Shown here: piece after piece, positions 59,800 to 64,000 of the stretch
Layout of the letters: the number at the start of each line of letters is the position of its first letter
Position numbering within the stretch: position 1 is the stretch's first letter
Source of the DNA: a virus
DNA: 64,000 bases
Reading direction: 5' to 3' (one strand)
Virus record (IMG/VR): IMGVR_UViG_3300022774_000002
Position numbers and translations under genes: made by a program
The notes under the pieces: generated by a model
Database searches by the model: none
Seen by the model: the letters and a program-made list of their open reading frames with translations, nothing else
Told to the model about the DNA's origin: nothing

Positions 59800-60650
59800 T
59801 AGATAAAGTTTTAGTATTAACCCTTGAACGTTGTGTAGATCGGCATCACGCGTGGCTGGGTGCAAGTCAGATGCGTGATATACCTCTGGAGGTTATTCAC
59901 TTTGTCAAAGGTCATGATGGCAAAGCCTATGACAGCATGGAAACGATTGCAGTCGCTGCCACCGAAGATGGTTTTGATTTTGTGGAAGAATATGCTATCG
60001 GCACGGTAACGGAATATGTGCAGCAAACACCGGGTAGCGTCAGTCAAGTCTGGAATTATGCACGTATTCTCAGACATATTTCGGAGCAAGATGAAGTGTG
60101 TCTTGTGCTCAACGATGATAAGATGCTGACGGTGAGTTTCAATATACTCAATATTATGGTGAACGAACTCCTAAGTGTCGTAGATGAAGAGTTCTTTGCT
60201 TTACAGTTGACGCGTCGCGGTGATCTGAACGAGTTAGAATTCACTGAAAAAGACAGGTTTGTGCAATCAGAAATCAGTGAACAGATTTTTGGAGCTATTT
60301 TTCATCAGACGATACCTTCGTATAAAGACTTTTTTCTCAAACGCGGTATCGCTGGGTATGATGAAAGCATGGTAGTCTCACCTGCGGGGGCGAACTGGAT
60401 ATTGAACTGTTTACGTGACGCAGATGACTTCTATATATTTTACGATCATTTTATACATCAACGACTCACGATAGAAGCAGGACTTGCGACCCATGAGAAA
60501 AAAGGGGTGTGGTGTCCTGCGGAATCGGGTTATAGATTTGTAACAGAGATTATGCCGATGGGAACGACAACGGATTGGGCACCACCGGGGTCATTTCATT
60601 TTAAAAATGCACATCAAAAAACAGATATTGTATGGGAGAACATTCAATGA
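59796..60650 (+). CDS. glycosyltransferase family 25-like protein
   Basis: ATG overlaps the upstream stop (ATGA). The N-terminal MIDKVLVLTLERCVDRHHAW resembles the GT25 start (xxIxVINLxxxxxRR). Similar to 61764..62558. Confidence 0.5.
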   Translation: MIDKVLVLTLERCVDRHHAWLGASQMRDIPLEVIHFVKGHDGKAYDSMETIAVAATEDGFDFVEEYAIGTVTEYVQQTPGSVSQVWNYARILRHISEQDEVCLVLNDDKMLTVSFNILNIMVNELLSVVDEEFFALQLTRRGDLNELEFTEKDRFVQSEISEQIFGAIFHQTIPSYKDFFLKRGIAGYDESMVVSPAGANWILNCLRDADDFYIFYDHFIHQRLTIEAGLATHEKKGVWCPAESGYRFVTEIMPMGTTTDWAPPGSFHFKNAHQKTDIVWENIQ

Positions 60651-61111
60651 AAATAGGATTTGTTTCCGGTTGTTTCGACTGGATGTCGCCTGGACATGTA
60701 CGGCTTTTTCGTGCGGCACGGACACACTGTGATGTGTTGCATGTTCTGATGGCTGATGACCAGACGGTACACCACTATAAAGGTGCGGGGCGACCACTTT
60801 TGAAATATGAAGAACGTGTTGAGATTTTAGAAACGTGCCACTATGTTGACACGATACATAGACTTTGCAAACTGCCCGGTAATGATAACCAGTTTGAGCT
60901 TATTCGGAAAATCAAACCTGACTCTTATTTTGAAGGGGCTGATGCCACAGATCAAAATATACAAACTTACTTAGATAAACTCAACATTAAACGTATAATA
61001 CTGAATACCGAACCGATACATGTGTCTGATATATTACGCCGGTATCTCCATCAATACGCGCTTGACGCAGACAAAGCACATCAAGAACTGATAAAGATTG
61101 CGGGGTTGTAA
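60647..61111 (+). CDS. cytidylyl/adenylyl-transferase-like nucleotidyltransferase (TagD / RfaE domain II type)
   Basis: ATGA coupling. KIGFVSGCFDWMSPGHVRLFRAAR carries the GxFDxxHxGH signature. Confidence 0.7.
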   Translation: MKIGFVSGCFDWMSPGHVRLFRAARTHCDVLHVLMADDQTVHHYKGAGRPLLKYEERVEILETCHYVDTIHRLCKLPGNDNQFELIRKIKPDSYFEGADATDQNIQTYLDKLNIKRIILNTEPIHVSDILRRYLHQYALDADKAHQELIKIAGL

Positions 61112-61767
61112 TGCTATATTCAAATATTTCAAAAGGCGTGGCAATTCAGATCGGTTTGTATACTGAAGCGGAATACAGTTATTTAATACAACCGAACTGG
61201 CAACAGGTCATGCAAGAAGAGATTGAACAACTCAAACATGTTCCCGAAGTTTTTGAAGCTATACAGGATTGGCATTTCATCGGTATTGACTGTGATCCCG
61301 GTTCTATTTTAGTCATGCGTGAGCGATTTCCGGATGTTATTACCTGTATCAATGCATTTGTAACAGGAAACAAAAAAGGAGTTGTCAAAAGGTATCTCTC
61401 AGATGCTTTTCATATTATACACGACATAGCGTTCTTCGATCTCTCAGATTATCCAGTCCGTGAGTTTTGGATACCGCAAACACCTTTTGACGAGATTGTT
61501 TCATCATTAGGACTTTCTCATATAGATGTGTTAGCCGTTGACATTGAAGGTGGCGAAGTCGAGTTGTTTGAAAACTATAGCTGGGAGATTGTCCCCAAGT
61601 TCTTATCGATTGAGTTTCATGACTGCTTTTTAGAGATACCCAGACACGATTTTGAAAAGATATTTGTGAGTCAAGGTTATACCAAAATTAGAGAAGAACC
61701 GACAAACTTTAGTGTAGATACCAATTTGTTCCATACAACAGAATTGCAGTTTTTGAGGACACCATGA
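61111..61767 (+). CDS. FkbM-type methyltransferase-like protein
   Basis: TAATG coupling. FIGIDCDPGS is SAM-loop-like, and IDVLAVDIEGGEVELF...LSIEFHD matches the FkbM (Methyltransf_21) hallmark. Confidence 0.6.
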   Translation: MLYSNISKGVAIQIGLYTEAEYSYLIQPNWQQVMQEEIEQLKHVPEVFEAIQDWHFIGIDCDPGSILVMRERFPDVITCINAFVTGNKKGVVKRYLSDAFHIIHDIAFFDLSDYPVREFWIPQTPFDEIVSSLGLSHIDVLAVDIEGGEVELFENYSWEIVPKFLSIEFHDCFLEIPRHDFEKIFVSQGYTKIREEPTNFSVDTNLFHTTELQFLRTP

Positions 61768-62558
61768 TAGACAAAATTTATATTCTCAATGTACAAACAG
61801 AAACAGAGCGACGGGAACTATGTACCCATTATCTTCTTGAAAAAGGGTTTCCTAAAAATAAAATAGAAGTCTTTGTGGCAAAACATTGGCAGGATTTTAC
61901 AGATAAAAAAGAACTCTGCTTGGCTGCTGCAAATGAAGGAATACCCCTGTTTTCGAATCTGTTAGGCAATAATACATATAAAGAATGCTACCAAACATAT
62001 CTCGCACAAACTTGGAGTTATATGGCATTTTACAAACATATCGAACAAACACGTGAATGTGCTGTTTTGATACACGATGATACAAAATTTAATTGCACTT
62101 GGACTGAACTGGTAAATGCCCTAAAAGCACTACCTGAACCCGAAAATCTGCTGTTTGCAATGCTATCAACCGCATTAAATGAAGGTGCGGTGAAATCAAA
62201 TGATTTTATAGATAAAAAAAGCCCCTGGATAAAACGCACACGCGAACTTACATGGTGGGATGCGTGTATTTTATACACGCCCATAGGGTGCGAGTTATTA
62301 TGGGAGTACGTTAATCATTTATATACGATACCCCTGGCATGGTTCATGTGCGCTTTTAATAACAAGATATTTCAACATTTCGCCAATACTTACGCACTCC
62401 TTATCAATCCAACAGAAGAAAACAGACACAATATTGAGAAAATACAAGATGAAATCATAAACAACCGATACGAACACGGATGGAAATATGCAACTTGCGA
62501 TAGCATTCCTTGCCTAAAAACAACTATACATGATCACACAGGAGCACCTATAAAATAA
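61764..62558 (+). CDS. glycosyltransferase family 25-like protein (second copy)
   Basis: ATGA coupling. MIDKIYILNVQTETERRELC parallels 59796..60650. Confidence 0.5.
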   Translation: MIDKIYILNVQTETERRELCTHYLLEKGFPKNKIEVFVAKHWQDFTDKKELCLAAANEGIPLFSNLLGNNTYKECYQTYLAQTWSYMAFYKHIEQTRECAVLIHDDTKFNCTWTELVNALKALPEPENLLFAMLSTALNEGAVKSNDFIDKKSPWIKRTRELTWWDACILYTPIGCELLWEYVNHLYTIPLAWFMCAFNNKIFQHFANTYALLINPTEENRHNIEKIQDEIINNRYEHGWKYATCDSIPCLKTTIHDHTGAPIK

Positions 62559-64000
62559 TGCGATTTATTGAAGATTTACCGATTATACAAGACAAACTCC
62601 CTGTTTGCCCAAATGGCACAGATATATCCATATCCTATTATCTGTTCAATAAAAGTAGAACACCAGAAAATCCAACAGGCGAGGGTTTTCCCGTCATGCA
62701 TTATGCCTACGAAATCGCGTATGCTTACAAACAACTTATACGGCATACAAACATTCAAGAATGTGGACGCGTCCGTATTTTCATGGACAAAGGATGCGAA
62801 ACACAAATGCGTCCCTATTTTGAACAGATCGGACTCGACGCCCTTATAGAAATCATTGATGTGCCAATGGGCGTGCGGTTATCAGGATACCTGCCACAAC
62901 TCTCACACGAAGCCGTCACACCCTGTAGATACCGATTTCATAGTGACTCTGATTTGTGGTGGATTGATCCACACCAAAGCGGTGAAATATTCGATTGGAA
63001 AGCATTTTGTGCGTTTTTAGATAAGGCAGATCAAGACTCATTTTTCGGACAACCCATAGAAAAACAGTCTTGGATTTATCAAGTCAATTACAGTCAGCAC
63101 GCTCAACCAGACGATGTGCAAGAAAAAGCACTACAAACATTACAATCCATATTTGGTCCGCGTATCCCTGACCAATTTCATGACATGGCTTACCAACAGC
63201 ACACAGTGCTAAAAGAACGAAATGATCTATCACCACTCCGATGTTTCGCTGGTTGGTTTATTGGCGTTCGTGAAAATAGTATACCGCTATGGTATATCAA
63301 CAAACTCTACAAAGAGCATGAAGAATATCTGAGCGACGATGAAGGATTGTTCTCATTGCTATTCTACATCTATCCCGAAATCAAACAGTATCAAGTGCTA
63401 CAAGGTATCGGTGAAGCAAAAGAACACGAAATACAACAACGATCACTCCTAAACTATAAGCAAACAGAAAGTGTCGCAACTCTCAATGTCGGGGCTTCAG
63501 AATTCTATATGGAAGCATACAAACAAGAACGAGAAGAACTCGCAACACTCTTTAATGAAAACAACGATGCACCTACGATAAACGCATTGACAAAACCGGA
63601 TGTGATAGAACTACCACCCGCACCTAACGGACTCAATACTTTTGGACGGCATATCGTAGGCACTTATGCACTCGATCCATCCGGTAAAGTCTATCCACTC
63701 TTATCTCATACAGAAAACAATCATAGTGTCCTATTTGGGTTTCCCGCAGCATTAGATCCACTCAAAACACCACTCAAAAACGCAGATAAAAAAGACGGTA
63801 ATCTCGCAATCTTCTTCTGCCTATTTCATCACCCGCTCTTTGTAACACACGATTTACACGTCTATGCAAAATCCATGATCTACGCATATAAACAAATGAT
63901 CCTACATACAAATATATGCGACGTGGGACAGGTACACTTCTTCGTAGATAAACGCTGTCTAAATATCGTATATCCCTATTGCCGAGAAGCAAGTGTGCAC
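62558..64000 (+). CDS. large hypothetical protein, 3'-partial, with an internally duplicated domain; absent from the supplied ORF track
   Basis: ATG at 62558 overlaps the upstream stop (TAATG). I translated all 481 codons to nt 64000 by hand and found no stop. IAYAYKQLIRHTNIQECGRVRIFMDKGC (about 62711-62800) recurs as MIYAYKQMILHTNICDVGQVHFFVDKRC (about 63875-63957). Confidence 0.75.
   Translation, partial: MRFIEDLPIIQDKLPVCPNGTDISISYYLFNKSRTPENPTGEGFPVMHYAYEIAYAYKQLIRHTNIQECGRVRIFMDKGCETQMRPYFEQIGLDALIEIIDVPMGVRLSGYLPQLSHEAVTPCRYRFHSDSDLWWIDPHQSGEIFDWKAFCAFLDKADQDSFFGQPIEKQSWIYQVNYSQHAQPDDVQEKALQTLQSIFGPRIPDQFHDMAYQQHTVLKERNDLSPLRCFAGWFIGVRENSIPLWYINKLYKEHEEYLSDDEGLFSLLFYIYPEIKQYQVLQGIGEAKEHEIQQRSLLNYKQTESVATLNVGASEFYMEAYKQEREELATLFNENNDAPTINALTKPDVIELPPAPNGLNTFGRHIVGTYALDPSGKVYPLLSHTENNHSVLFGFPAALDPLKTPLKNADKKDGNLAIFFCLFHHPLFVTHDLHVYAKSMIYAYKQMILHTNICDVGQVHFFVDKRCLNIVYPYCREASVH

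Noticed and set aside
62568-62849. Track ORFs 62568..62849 (+), 62576..62806 (-) and 63774..63992 (-).
   Set aside because: They are out of frame with, or antisense to, the 481-codon open frame starting at 62558, which is translationally coupled to the upstream glycan-cluster genes.

Overview
The window reads as a gene-dense tailed-phage or prophage-internal segment. I recognised no host housekeeping genes, rRNA, canonical tRNA or CRISPR array. All family assignments come from motifs read by eye and need HMM or structure searches.

Layout:
- 1-11087 (+): the 3' about 11 kb of a giant multidomain gene, open to the left edge. It carries an N6-adenine methyltransferase, an Sbno/SNF2-type helicase, a RadC/JAB-like domain and about 1480 aa unassigned, ending in hydrophobic segments.
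- 11.1-12.9 kb (+): small genes.
- 12.9-22.1 kb (-): an early-type operon of small proteins. It includes a 207-aa catalytic-domain-only tyrosine integrase, Zn-ribbon proteins, a DUF3768-like protein and a series of genes with K/R-rich N-termini.
- 22.1-22.8 kb: a 676-nt ORF-free divergent control region with a 13-bp inverted repeat and 9-10-bp tandem repeats.
- 22.8-24.7 kb: an AT-rich accessory patch with a DUF4926-like gene coupled to a nucleoside 2-deoxyribosyltransferase-like gene.
- 25.0-26.3 kb: a winged-helix, Rep-like gene flanked by AAGTCA-type iterons.
- 27.9-29.7 kb: a self-contained membrane/secreted two-gene unit ending in a strong terminator.
- 30.4-55.5 kb (+): the late module. 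It runs TerL, portal, scaffold, capsid and tail/fibre proteins with Ig-like, FN3, C39-like peptidase and propeller-like modules, then a membrane-anchored SNase-like nuclease. I saw no tape-measure-like ORF.
- 56.2-58.2 kb: a lysis region with a TM-anchored GH24 lysozyme.
- 59.3-64.0 kb: a sugar-nucleotide/glycosyltransferase cluster. It ends in a long ORF (62558 to the window edge) that is missing from the supplied track.

Most unusual observations:
- Two homologous, roughly 100-nt intergenic RNA elements lie on the minus strand at 17484-17581 and 19572-19676. Each folds into a tRNA top-half mimic: an acceptor-like stem, a mini D-like hairpin and a canonical T-arm, with no anticodon arm. Five compensatory base-pair changes separate the two copies.
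- Two more families of conserved intergenic hairpins sit in the same operon.
- The giant polyvalent-type protein.
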